Below are positions 38,700 through 55,730 of a stretch of DNA of 64,000 nt, in pieces (the first letter of the stretch is position 1; the number at the start of each line of letters is the position of its first letter). Position numbers and translations under genes: made by a program. A model generated the notes under the pieces. The model saw nothing but the letters and a program-made list of their open reading frames with translations. It did not search any database and had not been told where the DNA came from. Source of the stretch: the human T2T-CHM13v2.0 reference genome, Homo sapiens; NCBI RefSeq assembly GCF_009914755.1, contig NC_060927.1; one strand, given 5' to 3'.

Positions 38700-38835
38700 T
38701 TATTAGAGCAGACATCATCCTAGAGGACAGGAAATATCTGATTTCTGGATTATCTAGAACCTTTCCCAGGCCATCTCATCTGGCGCAGGGTAAGCACTTA
38801 GTTGAAGTTTGAATTAATGAAGGAATAAATGAAGG
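38700..38835 (+). mobile_element. L2 3' end
   Basis: cctagaggacaggaa…tggcgcagggtaagcactta…gaattaatgaaggaataaatgaa. Confidence 0.5.
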
Positions 38836-38987
38836 AACATGTAAAGCTTTGAGAACAAGTATGCATATTTTAGTTATAGGATCAAGATAGTTATTAAACT
38901 GTAATAAAAAGCAGAACTTTTACTTTATTTTAGTTTGATTAGTTTTTGAGTAGGTTCTACAATCATGTTATGTAAAATCAAAAAGAT

Positions 38988-39165
38988 ATTGGATTAGTTT
39001 CCTAGGGTTCCTAAAATCAGGCCCACTCTAATCCACTGTCATATGACCTCATCTTCACTTAATTACATCTGCAAAGACTCAATTTCCAAATAAGTTCACA
39101 TTTACAGATATGAGGGTTAGGACTTAAACAGATCTCTTTTTGGGAACACAGATGTACCCACTGCA
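38988..39165 (-). mobile_element. Internally deleted MLT1B/C-like LTR
   Basis: ttagtttcctaggg is joined to tgacctcatcttcacttaattacatctgcaaagac…tttccaaataagttcacatt. Confidence 0.65.
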
Positions 39166-40301
39166 GATATAAAAGTATATAAATGAAAAGTTTCCCACTC
39201 ACCGTTGTTCCCAGGTCACCCAGTTGTCCTCCTCAGAGGTCACCGATGTTATTTTACTTTATTTTAAACAACTTTAACTAGTCTAAAAATGATGTAAAGG
39301 TAAGTGATTCTCACTTTATCCTATAAGAGACAGTCTTGTTCTTATCTGTTTCATTCATCAAAACTTTTTGGGTTTTAGTCTTCAAATTTATCCCATGTCC
39401 TCAGCTGGGTTCAGGGATGGGGAGAAAAGGCAAAATGTTCAAGTAGACACTAAATATAGTAAACCTGTATTAATCATTGAGTGAAATATATTCTACATGC
39501 ACGTAACTCCCTCATTAAATGTCAGGCATTATGTGGGTAGCACTTAATCACTCATTTGCTGGCACAAAGTAGATTGCTCTAGTTTTAAATCCTAGTAACA
39601 TTAAGTCTTACAGCATTTTGTTGTCAGTTTTTTACTTAAATACATGTTATTAAATAGTTTGGGAATAAATTTGTTGTTATGCATGTATTATATTGCTGTT
39701 AATGATGCTGTTAAAATAAAACTTTTTTTTACCTGACAGTGCTATATGGAATTAGATGAAATTTATGAAATGTAGTTGCATTCCATGATACTTAACAAAA
39801 TATATGTGATATCCTGTGTCTTAAAAATGAAATATGTGTACAAAAGCTATGTATAATGCTGCATAGTAGCAAATTAAATGATCTGAAAAGTCCTGCAGTA
39901 AGCAACCAGTTTAGGCTACATTTTCCCGTAAAGTCTTTCTTTAAAAACAACTACATCCTGCATTACTATTGTTTCCCAGAATACACTTTGAGAAATGAAG
40001 GTCTACAAGCCGAAGACAGAGTTAGAACAGTGAGTCAGAAGCCAGGCAGTGAATTAGGGCAGAAAAATAGAACTTTTATGCTGCCTACCTCCAGTAGGAG
40101 ATGACTTAGGTCCTTTTTGTTTCCATAGGATGTGGCACAGGACATGGGGCGAGGGAGAAAGAAGTTAGGGGAAAGAGACTGGGTTTGGGGGCCTGGGCTT
40201 TGGGGCTAGGCAGATTGGGTGTAATTCCCAGCACTGCCACTGACTAGTTATATGATCTTAGACAAGTTGCTCCATTTTTCTAAGCCTAAATTTCTTTATC
40301 C

Positions 40302-40564
<263 letters not shown>

Positions 40565-43219
40565 CTAAATAGGGGGAAGACACAATTCCTATCCCTAAAG
40601 AATTTACCATTTAATTGGGACATGAGATTAGAAGACCTACGGTTATGTAAAGATAATATGATTATTGCTTTAAGAGATATACAATGTGATTGGGAGTTTT
40701 GAAGGAGGGAGAAGCCAGTTAGTTGTGGACAATCAAGAAAGGCTTTGTGGAGGAGCTGGCATTTAGGTGTGTAGGTCTCCATGGGTTAGTAAAGCTTCAA
40801 CATTTGGAGACTTGTTAGTGGAGAGTGCATTCCAGGTATTAATAGATCAAGAAGCAAGAGCAAAGGTATGGAGATGGGAAAGGAAAGACATTTTAAAGAA
40901 TAGCAAGTGGCCTCATTTCTCTGGAGACAGTAGAAATGAAGCAGCCATTAAACTTTGTGACCTATGTGCTGTAAGGGACCCAGTGGCACTGATAGTTTTA
41001 GCAGTGCTGATAGTGGCTTTTGAGTAGACTAATGTATTTAATAATCGCTTTGACACCATTACGAAGTAAACAACCTTGTACTTGAGTAGAATTTAGCTTC
41101 TGCTGGATGGTCCCTGTCCTGAGGTGCTAGTACACATATTTTAATCTGGCACAGAGCCCACATTACAATGGAATGGGGCCACTTTCATAAATATTTCAGG
41201 ATTTCTAAATTATCTTCCCTGAACAATGTTGAGGGAAAGCTTAGTAGATGAATAAGATTTTAAGACCACTAAATAAAATAAAACAGATTTCTTTACTCAT
41301 AAACTTCTAAGAAAGTTTGCTATGCTAATGAGTAGTGTTAGTCCCATGGAGGGAGATTTAGTGTGTGGGATTCTCTGAACTTGGACCTCAGAACCTTCTG
41401 TTGTTCCCTGATCTCATACTGACACCTCCTCAAAAGATGTTCTCTTCTTATGTTTGAAGTCAGTGTTCTTATTACCTGTGGAGCTTTTTCAAAAGGCAAA
41501 TTCTATAGTTCTTTTCTTTACCCTTGTCACCTTCAAGCATATTAGACTCTTGGCATGTAGGGGAGGGATAGGTACTCAGTAGGATAGTACCTCTCACTCC
41601 CTATCTCCACCCCTTCACTGACCTGACCTAAGGTATTAGAAATCATTCTGTCAATCACATGAACAATTAAGGCCCACTCTCTAAATCCCTAATTGCTTAC
41701 TTTTTTTTGGGTAAGAAAACCTTTTTTAAAAGCTATGAAGAAAAATATAAATAGATTTATGTAAGCAAAGGCAAAGGTTATAGATCACCCTAGAATAGTA
41801 GCAGATCATTGGAGAAGAGTATAACATGCCTAGACTATTATGAATGCATTAGGTAGGATGTTCTTGTGTTGCTATAAAGAAATACATGAGGGGGGCAAGG
41901 CCAAGATGGCCAACTACAAACAGTGGTGATTGGAGACTCCCATTGAAAAGAACCATAATAAACATGTGAATCCTTCACTGGCAACCAAGATATCCAGGTT
42001 CTCTCATCAGAACCAACTAGACTCTGGCTGGCATGATCCACGAAGAGGAGGGAACACAGTGTGGTGTGGTGGCCCACCTGAGAGCCACACGGGGCAGAGG
42101 AGCCCCCAACCCACAGCCAAGGGAGGCAGTGAGTGAGCATGCTACCTAGCCGGGGAAACTGAGCATTATCCACAGAACTCTGTCAGCCACGGATCGGAAG
42201 ATCCCACTCACCTACCCACGCCACGGGGTCTAGGGTCCCAACCCTGGAGCTGCGCAGATTCTCAACAGCCTCTCAGCTGCAATCTGCTTAAGCCTGTGGA
42301 GCTCCCCTGGGGGAGGGGCAACCAGCACCACAGCTGTGGCTGCCTGCTGTGTAAGCCATGTGAGCTCCTTGGGGGAGGGGCAGCAGCCAGCACTGGGACT
42401 CATAACTGCCTAACACACTAACCTCCCTGGGTGGGGGAAGGGCGTCATTCATCTCTATAGCTCCAGGCCACACTTTGCTTTTCCCCTGCTGGAGCCAGTG
42501 AGGCTGGATGGCTTGGTCCCAAAAGGTGTCCCCCACAGGCCAACACACCAGCTGTGGCGGACTGCAGCCAGAAAGCCTCTTCAGGCCTGACCCTGACTCA
42601 TATTTCCTTACTGGGCGGGGCTCCCTGCAGTAACTCCAACAACTCCAGCCAGAGGCTCAGGGACAGAACACGGATCTCCCTGGGCCTGTGCCCCTAGTGG
42701 GAGGGATGGCTGTAGTCTCTGTGGACCAGCAGACTTAGGTTTTCTTCCTGGCAGTTCTGAGGAATCTGGGCAGCCCAGATGAGTGGGTTTCCCCCAGCAA
42801 AGCACACCCCATCCACAAAGGGACAAAGTGCTTCGTTAAATGGGTCCTGTTCCCTGTACCACCTAAATGGGTGAGACCCTCCAACAGGGGTTTTCAGACA
42901 CTCTATACAGGAGCAATCCTACTGGCATCAGATTGGTGCCCCTTGAGGTCAGAGATCCCAGAAGAAGGATCAGGCACCCATCTTTGCTGTTCTGCAGCCT
43001 TTTTGAGTGACACCTCCAGGCACAGGAGCGAACCAGATGAATACGGCCTGAAGTGAATCCCCAGCAAACCACAGCAGCCCTACAGAAGAGGGACCTGACC
43101 ATTGAAAGAAAGACAACAGAAAGCCACAACATCTGCATCAACAACAACAAAAAGTCCCCACAAAAACCCCATTCAAGGGTCAGTAGCTTCAAAGATGGAA
43201 ACTAGACAAACTCAAGAAG

Positions 43220-44564
<1,345 letters not shown>

Positions 44565-44628
44565 AAGACCAATGACACTATGAAGAAACTGCATCAACTA
44601 GTGTGCAAAATAACCAGATAGCATCATG

Positions 44629-47600
44629 ATGACAGGATCAAATTCACACATAATAATACTAACCTTAAATGTAAATGGGCTAAATGCCACAATTAAAAGA
44701 CACAGACTGGCAAGTTGGATACAGAGTCAAGACCCATTAGCGTGCCATATTCAGGAGACCCATCCACATGTAGAGACACACATAGGCTCAAAATAAAGGG
44801 ATGGAGGAATATTTAGCAAGCAAATGGAAAGCAAAGAAAGCAGGGGTTGCAATCCTCATCTCTGACAAAACGGACTTTAAACCAACAAAGATCAAAAAGG
44901 ATAAAGAAGGGCATTACATAATGGTAAAGGAAACAATTCAACAAGAAGGGCTAACTATCCAAATCATATATGCACCCAATACAGGAGTACCCAGATTCAT
45001 AAAACAAGTTCTTAGAGACCTACAAAGAGACTTAGACTCCCACACAATAATAGTGGGAGACTTTAACTCCCCACTGTCAATATTAGATCAATGAGACAGA
45101 AAATTAACAAGGATATTCAGGACTTGAACTCAGCTCTGGATCAAGTGGACCTAATAGACATCTACAGAACTCTCCACCTCAAATCAACAGAATATACATT
45201 CTTCTCAGTGGCATATGGCACTTAATCTAAAATCTACCACATAAGTAAAACATTCCTCAGCAAATGCAAAAGAACTGAAATCATAACAGACCACAGACCA
45301 CAGTGCAGTTACATGGAAATTGAATAAGCTGCTTCTGAATGACTCCTGGATAAATAATGAAATTAGGGCAGAAATAAAGAAGTTCTAAATGAAGAAGAAA
45401 TAAAGGAATAAAGAAGAAATAAAGGATGGAGAACAAAGAGACAATGTACCAAAATCTCTGGGACACAGCTAAAGCAGTGTTAAGAGGGAAATTTATAGCA
45501 CTAAATGCCCACATCAGAAAGCTAGAAAGATTTCAAATGAACACCCTAACATTACAATTAAAAGAGCTAGAGAGGCAGGAGCAAACTAATCCAATAGCTA
45601 GCAGAAGACAAGAAATAACTAAGATCAGAGCAGAGTTGAAGTAGATAGAGACATGAAAAATTCTCCAAAAATAATCAATGAATCCAGAAGTTGGTTTTTT
45701 GAAAAAATTAATAAAATAGATAGACCACTAGCTAGACTAATAACGAAGAAAACAGAATAATCAAATAGAAACAAAAAATGATAACGGGGATATCACCACT
45801 GACACCATAGAAATACAAACTACCATCAGAGAATACTATAAACACCTCTACACAAATAAACTAGAAAATCTAGAAGAAATGGATAAATACTTGGACATAT
45901 ACACCCTCCCAAGACTAAGTCAGGAAGAAGTTGAATCCTTGGATGAGACCAATAAAAAGTTCTGAAATTGAGGCAGTAATTAATGGCCTACCAACCAAAA
46001 AAAGCCCAGGACCAGATGGATTCACAGCTGAATTCTATTACAGGTACAAAGAGGAGCTGGTATCATTCCTTCTGAAACTATTCCAAACAGTTGAAAAGGA
46101 GGGACTCCTCCCTAACTCATTTTGTGAAGCCAGCATCATCCTGATACCAAAACTAGGCAGAAACACACGCAAAAAAACAAAACTTCAGGCTAGTGTCTCT
46201 GATGAACATCGATGCAAAAATCCTCAATAAAATACTGGCAAACTGAGTTCAGTAGCATATCAAAAAACGTATCCACCACAATCAAGTCAGCTTCATCCCT
46301 GGGATGCAAGGCTGGTTCAACATATGCAAATCAATAAACATAATCCATCACATGAACAGAACCAAAGACAGAACCACATGATTATCTCAATAGATGCAGA
46401 AAAGGCCTTGATAAAATTCAACATCCTTTCATGTTAAAAACTCAAACTGGGTTTTGATAGAACATATCTCAAAATAATAAGAGCAATTTATGACAAACCC
46501 ACAGCCAATATAATATTTAATGGGCAAAAGTTGGAAGCATTTCCTTTGAAAACTGGTACAAGGCAAGGATCCCCACTCTCACCACTCCTGTTCAACATAG
46601 TATTGGAAGTTTTGGCCAGAGCTATCAGGCAAGAGAAAGAAGTAAAGGGTATTCACATAGGAAGACAGGAGGTCAAATTGTCTGTTTGCAGACAACATGT
46701 TTTTATATTTAGAAAACCCCATCATCTCAGCCCAAAACTCCTTTAGCTTATACGCAACTTCAGCAGTCTCAGGATACAAAATCAATGTGCAAAAATCACA
46801 AGCATGCCTTTACACCAACAATAGACAAGCAGCGAGCCAAATCATGAACTCCCATTCACAAATTGCTACAAAGAGAATAAAATACCTAGGAATACAGCTA
46901 ACGAGATGTGAAGGACCTCTTCAAAATACACCACACTACTCAAGGAAATAAGACAGGACACAGAGGGAAAAACATTTCATCCTCATGGATAGTAAGAATC
47001 AATATTGTGAAAATGGCCATAGTGCCCAAAGTAATTCATATATTCAATGCTATTCCTATCAAACTACCATTGACATTCTTCACAGAGTTAGAAAAAACTA
47101 CTTTAAATTTCATGTGGAATCAAAGAAGACCCCATATAGCCAAGACAATCCTAAGCAAAAAGAACAACCTGGAGGCATCATGCTACCTGACTTCAAATTA
47201 TACTACAAGACTACAGTAACAAAAACAGCATGGTACTGTTACCAAAACAGACATATAGACCTATGGTACAGAGGAGACCTCAGAAATAACGCCACACATC
47301 TACAACCATCTGAGCTTCGACAAACCTGACAAAAATAAGCAATGGGGAAAGGATCTCCTATTCAATAAATGGTGCTAGGAAAACTGGCCAGCCATATGCA
47401 GAAAACTGAAACTGGACCCCTTCTTTACACCTTATACAAAAATTAACTCAGGATGGATTAAAGACTTAAATGTAAAACCCAAAACCATAAATACCCTAGA
47501 AGAAAACGTAGGCAGTACCATTGAGGACATAGGCATGGGCAAAGACTTCATGATGAAAACACCAAAAGTAATTGCAACAAAAGCCAAAATTGACAAATGT

Positions 47601-48415
47601 GATCTAATTAAACTAAAGAGCTTCTGCACAGCAAAAGAAACTATCATCAGAGTGAACAGGTAACCTTCAGAATGGGAGAAAATGTTTGCCATCTACCCAT
47701 CTGACAGAGGTCTAATATCCAAAATTTACAAGGAGCTTAAACAAATTTACAAAGAAAATTTAAAGAAAAAAAACAACCCCATCAAAAAGTGGGCAAAGAA
47801 TATGAACAGAATATTTCAAGAATGTCTTCTTGAAAGAAGACATTCATGCAGCCAACAACTATGAAAAAAAGCTCAGCATCACTGATCATTAGAGAAATGC
47901 AAATCAAAACCATAATGAGATACCATCTCACACCAGTCAGAATGGTGATTATTAAAAAGTCAGGAAACAATAGATGCTGGCAAGGCTGTGGAGAACAAAG
48001 GAATGCTTTTACACTGTTGGTGGGAGGGTAAATTAGTTCAACCATTGTGCAAGACAGCATGGCGATTCCTCAAGGATCTAGAACCAGAAATACCATTTGA
48101 CCCAGCAATCCCATTACTGGGTATATACCCAAAGGAATATTAATCATTCTACTATAAAGACACATGCACACGTATGTTTATTGCAGCACTATTTACAACA
48201 GCAAAGTCATGGAACCAACACAAATGCCCATCAGTGATAGACTGGATAAAGAAAATGTGGTACATGTACACCATGGAATACTATGCAGTCATAAAAAGGA
48301 TGAAATTATGTCCTTTGCAGGAATGTGGATGAAGCTGGAAGCCATCATCCTCAGCAAACTAATACAGGAACAGAAAACCAAACGCCACATGTTCTCACTC
48401 ATAACTGGGAGTTGA
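44629..48415 (+). pseudogene. Disrupted L1 ORF2p (endonuclease / reverse transcriptase)
   Basis: ATGACAGGATCA start. Fragments [52 protein letters not shown] and [21 protein letters not shown], with many stops and frameshifts. Confidence 0.95.
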
Positions 48416-50259
48416 ATAATGAGAACATATGGACACAGGGAGGGGAACATCACACACCGGGGCCTGTCAGGGGGTGGAGGGCTAGGGGAGGGATAGCATT
48501 AGGAGAAATATCTAATGTTGATGACGGGTTGATGGGTGCAGCAAACCACCACGTCACATGTATACCTATGTAACAAACCTGCGCGTTCTTCACATGTATC
48601 CCGGAACTTAAAATAAAATAAAATGGAAATATATGAGGCTGGATAATTTATAAAGAAAAGTTTAATTGGCTCACAGTTCTGTAGGCTATACAGGCATGGT
48701 GCTGGCATCTGCTTGGCTTCTGGGGAAGCCTCAGGGAGCTTTTATTCGTGGCAAAAGGTGAAGAGGGAGCAGGCACATCACATGGCGAGAGCAGGAGCAA
48801 GGCTGGGGGAGATACCACACATTTTTAAATGACCAGATCTCATGAGGTCTCACTCACTATTGCAAGGACAGAACTAAGACATGAGGAATCCACCCCCATG
48901 ACCCACACATCTCCAACCAGGCCCTACCTCCAACACTGGGGATTAAATTTCAACATGAGATTTGGGCTGGACAAATATCCAAACCATGTCAGTGAATATA
49001 TTTTAGAGTTTAAAAGTCTGTTTCTAAGCTTAACTTTGATATGAATAATTTAAACACACATGAATGTGCCTTCAAACCAAACTATACAATGTGTAAAAAC
49101 CCCTTCGTTCCACATTGGGGTTTCGTATTATGAAATATAAAAAAGAAAAAAAAAAGAAATACGTTATTTGGCTCAGAATTATCAAGAATCTGCTCTGCAA
49201 CTAATATTACTTCTCACTACACATTTCTTTTTATTTCTCAGATTCTTAGCACTTTTTGAGAGATCAGAGAAAAGATAAATTTAAAGATTTTACTACTTGT
49301 TATCATCTCTAGATGCGAAGGAGATTACAATTAATCATTAGATTCACAGAATTCATTGATAATAAAAATTATTATTCTTTTGGCCATATAACAGGATTTC
49401 TGTTTCTAATGTAGGTGTTTGATATTTTAACAAAGATCCCTATGTTACTTTTTCTTAATAGTTTTCAGTTGGAATGATATACATGTCATATATATATAAC
49501 TGGAGTTAGAATGTTATATTGTACAATCATTGCATATATAAAGGTAATATAAGGTAGACCTAAGAAGGCCATTTGCAGTAATACTTGGAAGCAAAATTTC
49601 TTAACTTCCTGATGAAGAACCTTAAAATATGTTGAACTTGCTTTCCTCTCATCATCAAATTGCACATACTTCCTGTTAGAAATGTTAACATCTCTCCTTA
49701 TTTTTGTGAGGGACAAATATTTTCTCTGTATAGAAGGCAGGGAACCAATATAGGGAAATTCCTAAAGGAATGTGTGTAAGTTGCCAGCATTCATACCTCC
49801 TGAGATGTTTCTAAAAGCATCATGAATAGTATATAGTGAACATCTTCCCTCCAGCTGAGCTTTTGAAATAGCTCACTCAGCATTTTTGTTTAACAATATC
49901 CCTGGGACATAAACCAAATAGCATTTCCTATTCAGTCTCATCTGTCATTTTCCTGATTTCACAACCAGCCTCCAGATGTCAAAATATGAAGGTGAATGTG
50001 AATGAAATTGTTTGTCTATCAGAGCTCCCTAAATGAAATAGACCAAGATTATCCTGTACCCCTGATGCCCCAATAAATTGGTCAGTCGTCCCAAAGTAAA
50101 AGCTTGACCCCATGAGTTTCTAAATCATTTCCAACGTGTATTGTAGTTTAAAACAAAAAACTATGCTATACTTGAAGGCCATTTTAGCTGAGTTATAAAA
50201 TTTGCTTCTATAAATCTTGCCAGAGTAAAATGGGCCTTGGATAATCATCAAAACAAATA

Positions 50260-50622
50260 CAGATGGTCCCTGACTTATGATGGTTCAACTTATAATTTTT
50301 CTACTTTGTGGTGGTACAAAAGCAATACCATTTAGTAGAAACCAAGCTTCAAATTTTGAATTTTGATTTTTTCCTAGACTAGGGATATGTGGTATGATAC
50401 TTTTACATGAGATAGTCAACACTTTTTTATAAAATAGGGTTTGTGTTAGATGATCTTGCTCAACTAGGCTAATGTAAGTGTTCTGAGCACATTTAAGGTA
50501 GGCTAGGCTAGACTATGTTGTTCAGTAGGTTAGGTATATTAAATACATTTTTGACTTATGATATTTTCAATGTATGATGGGTTTATCAGGATGTAACTGC
50601 ATCGTGAGTTAAGGTGCAGTTG
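50260..50622 (-). mobile_element. MER47 (Tigger/TcMar) MITE
   Basis: Terminal inverted repeats cagatggtccctgacttatgatg / catcgtgagttaaggtgcagttg with TA on both flanks. Internal gttctgagcacatttaaggtaggctaggcta. Confidence 0.82.
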
Positions 50623-51043
50623 TATTCTAAGACCTCTACAAAAAACATTGACAGCCTATTGCTGTTTTAATATCTGTGGGATTGCATTCTTACAATTTAG
50701 ATGTAGATTTAGATTAGATTTAGACCATTGGTTTCTGTTTCCATTACAACCACTTAATATATAATATGAATCTGGCTCCAAGGCATGGGAGAAACATGTA
50801 AAAGTGCACTGTCAAACACCATATGTAACTGTTGGCTATATTGATTTTGTGGCACTTATCTATTCTGTGTGCATTTAGGTTTTTGAAGTATGCAAGTTTT
50901 ATCATATTCTACTGGGAAAAATGGCTGATGTAGTCTTTTGAATGGCCCCTCACACACCACAAAGCTTGGGAATTCTAGATTCAAATAATTTTTAGGAAAG
51001 AAGGACTCCTAAATATTACCTATTTGAGTTGTTTCTTTTTTCA

Positions 51044-51130
51044 GAGGCCTGGAAAGGTAAGATGCCTTGCCCAAGATCACAAAGCCAGTTAGTGGCAGAG
51101 CTGAGTTAGGAACCCTGTAATTCCCAGATA
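51044..51130 (-). mobile_element. MIR fragment
   Basis: gaggcctggaaaggtaagatgccttgcccaagatcacaaagccagttagtggcagagctg. Confidence 0.7.
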
Positions 51131-51684
51131 CTCAGTTTATTATTTATTCTTCAATTCATTCTTTAGGAATCTTTATTAGCAATAGCATCAACAATCACAA
51201 AACATGCTTGTTTTGCCCATTTTGGTTGGTGTACTCTTTCAGTTTTTTGCATAAAAAGTATACTCAGTAACAAATCTGCCTTCAGCATAATTTCCCATAA
51301 TCAAACATCATGATTAATTTTAAAGTATGAATCTAATGATTTTGGCACTCTAGATTCTTGTGATATTTTACTTCACTTTGTATAAACTTAATTTATTTAT
51401 CTGTTTTGATTCCTTTTTACTGAGTTATATATCTTCCACCTTTTTTCCTATACCTTTTATTAAACTGTGCCTTGGAGAAGAAAATGGATTTTTCATAGCT
51501 TGTATTCTGTGTTACAGTCACATTATTGCTTAAAAATAGAGGTTAGATGTAACCAGGGACATTACTGTAGTATAGCCAACTTGGAATTTCTTCCTCCTTT
51601 GGTGAGCTGATGGGAAAAGCTCTTGACTTGCCATTGGAAGACCTGGCTAAATTCCTGCAGTGCCACATTTCACCCATTTGTGGG

Positions 51685-52019
<335 letters not shown>

Positions 52020-53506
52020 TAACCCCTCTGAACCTTTTTCATGATAGATAGAATGGGAATAATACTTGTCTATTTTGTGTCTTGGAATGTGACCCTCATA
52101 GCAATTCTGAGAAATTTATAAAGGAGTACTTTGTTTTGTTTGTGGTTCTTGATCCTTTGGTTATCTTCTTTTAATAGGGACATCAAGAGTGTCACCTCAA
52201 ACCCCCAATATCTGTTGGTGAATAAAAAGGTGATGATGGAGAAAATGTTTTATAAATTGAAAAATGCAGTCTAAAGTGGTCTAATATTGTTACCAAGTAA
52301 TCCCCAAAAGTTTTTAAATTGGTACCTAGGGATCAAGAAACTGCTTCATTCTATTTGCTGTGCTTTCTTATCTTTCAAAATTTTACCCTTCCATAAAGAC
52401 ACCTTTCAAATGCTTGATTTCTCTTTTGTCTTTTCTGATTCACCTTCTCCCTACCCCAACATTAGCTTGGATCTCATGTTCATTTATTTTTTACTTAGTC
52501 CAGAACTAGAATGATAGCAACTTTAGGGACTGCTCTCATGAAGCATTTGAAGGAGGAGAAGGCCTTGCATATGATAGTTGCTTAGTAATATCTCTTAAAG
52601 TGAGATTTAGGGAAAATGCATTTTTTAGCGTTATCAATTTCTTCCTTATAATTTTACTTTGAATTACTTATTTAAAGTTTAAATAATAGTGTATGGGAAA
52701 AAAATCTTTATTTTTAAACGCCTTCTAGTATGTATTCTTTTATGGGCTGGAATTTGAATGGTTGAAAACAGTAGCATTTTAGAGGATTAAAATTTATAAA
52801 TTAATTTATCTAAACATCTTTTTTGAAAACCTTCATTTAAAAAATCTATTTTCCATTTATATTTTTCATTTCTCTCTAGGTGATCATATTTAAGTATTGT
52901 AAGTTAAGGACCTGGGCAAATAATTCCTCAAAAATTATATTAATTTATTTTTAAAAGGAAGTTTATTCACTTACTCACGGCAAACCAACTTTGAAGATAA
53001 AAATGTGTTGCCTTAAAGACTGAAGACATGTTCAAGATGGCAAAAAGAGTCTTCCTACCCCTTTTAAAAAGTAAATGCAGAAGCCGTTGTGAGCAGTGAT
53101 ACTTCATGTTTTGTTTTCCAGTAGTAGAAGTGTTTTAAAATGATAAGTGTTCTTTAAAATGTTATGGTCAAAAAGAAAAGATATTTATTGGCTGGGAGAC
53201 TTGGGCTTCTGATAGCTTTGCCTGGAATTATGATGGAAATTTTGACAGAATCATAACTCAAGTTGACATTAATGGGAATCACTTCCTTATGATTTTGTGT
53301 AGCCTAATAAAAAGGTCATTTGAAAATTTTAGATAATCAGATGGTTTAATGGCCAAGTAGAAATAGCACTTTATTTTTTGTGTGTTAATCTTTGGGTGCT
53401 TCCACTAAATGTAGATTTAGTGTGTGTCTTTCCTTTGACTGTTAACACCTCTTACAGCTATAGTGATTACTAGTCTAGTCACAGTCAGTGGCTGACATTT
53501 CTATGA

Positions 53507-53815
<309 letters not shown>

Positions 53816-55224
53816 AACTACTGACTCTTATAAAGATTTATTACCAGATGATGACATTGCTCCTGATGTCTCTAACTAGGTGGTCCCCCTTCACTTTTCT
53901 TAGTCTTCTGCCATGACCCCTCCCTGTACCTCTATAGTGGAAGTGGTTCACATTAGTTCGTCCTTAACCTTAATTCTAACATAAATGAATGTGGAATACC
54001 GCAAAGAGACCAAAAGAGCTAGCTGTATGCTAGCACTGGCTCTGACAGCTAACAAGCTTTAAGGCTTTGAGCAAAGGACTTCTCCTCTCCAGATTTCTTT
54101 TTCCTGATTTGTAATATGTGCATTGGATTAGGTGATCTCAAAGATACCTCTCCCTTCTAAGATTTTATATTCATCAAAATTCATCTGCCAGAATGGCACT
54201 GTGATAATTAGATAGACTGCCAGCTGGATGCAGGGAAATAGCAGAGCTAAAAGCTCCAGTCTAAACTATCCCTGGTGAATATTCATTTTTGCATATTTTA
54301 ATAACAATACTCTCAGTGTCTCACCTCCACCCAGTCACTCTTGCACCCTGTCACTCACTTAGCAAGACCCTTTCTTTTCCTTCACGTTTTACAACTCTGT
54401 AATTTAACAAAATCCATTAGTACCAACAAAATGGAGTAACAGTGATGTTTTAATATATGGCATGTACCCTTAATATCATTACTAGTATTTGAGAAACTAA
54501 ATGAAAGATTTTTAACTTTGACTTTTAAGGAAGAAAAAAAAATCACCTTTCTTTATTTAATGAGTAAAAAGGACCTCCAGTAAAGAGTAATGCACCATAA
54601 TTGTTATTCACTTCACACTCATTCCTTTTTTTGGCATGCAGAGCCTCATATATTCTTAAGCATAAAATGCTGGATGACATATTAAATGAAGGGTCATTCT
54701 GGAAAATAAAATAGACAAAATGGCTTTACTCTCAAAGATAATTGTGAAGTAAAAACCAAAATAATAGCTTATTCATAACTATTTGGAGGCCTTTCTTAAG
54801 TCCAGAAAGGTCAGAGGGAAATTGAATAAATGTCAACACTGTCAGGTGGGGAGACTCTCAACGTCTCCTGAGGAATTTAATTTATATTAATGAGAAGTGA
54901 GACCTGCTTAGGGCCCTCTCAGAGACTGCTCTGGTGTCAAATTTTAATGATTTAACTTCATGAAAAGGATTCCTAACAAGTTATCCAACAAGATAACCTC
55001 ACATAAGATTGCTTTTTAATTGTGAGGCCTCAATTGCTCTGACCTCACCAAACCACAGGCACATGTTGGGGCTTCTTGAGGACTTGCCTCACCAAGTCGA
55101 TAACTTGCCGTCAGTTCTGGCCCTTCTAGGGGACCAGGTGAACCAAGTGAGATTCTGACGATAAAGTTCTAATTCAATTCAGCAGACATTCATGAAGACC
55201 TATCACTGGGGCAATGTGTGAGTG

Positions 55225-55730
55225 ACAATAGTAGGTGCCACTTATGAACACTTAATGTGTGTCAGGCTCCCTGCTCAACGTTTTATGTTCCCAATTTCTA
55301 ATCTTCATAGCAACGTTACAGAATTACAGATGTGGAGAAGGAGACTCAGAGACATTAAGTTAACATGCTTAAGATTATAAGTATTGCCAAGTAGCTAGCA
55401 GAACCAGGATTCGTTAGGTCAGTTTGCCTCCCAAATCCATGGCTTTCTGCTACTCACCTATGTCTTAGGTTTTTTTCTTTACTCATCTAACGTTCCAGTG
55501 TTCATAATAGCTTTCCTTTGTCTAGCTATGTTCCAGATGCTGTGCTGGGTGTTTTATTATGTAAACCTACTGAATAGATGATAGTAGCCCCACTAATGAA
55601 AAAGGAGGGATGGAGGATTCAGCAGCTTGCCCCAGATCACACAGGTAGAAAATGGCAGGGCTAAAATTCTAACTGAGATCTAACTGATCTTCCAAACCTA
55701 TGCTCTTACGATTAGAGAACAGTGACTTTA
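55225..55730 (-). mobile_element. Two adjacent MIR fragments
   Basis: ttacagatgtggagaaggagactcagagacattaagttaacatgc and cttgccccagatcacacaggtagaaaatggcaggg. Confidence 0.65.
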
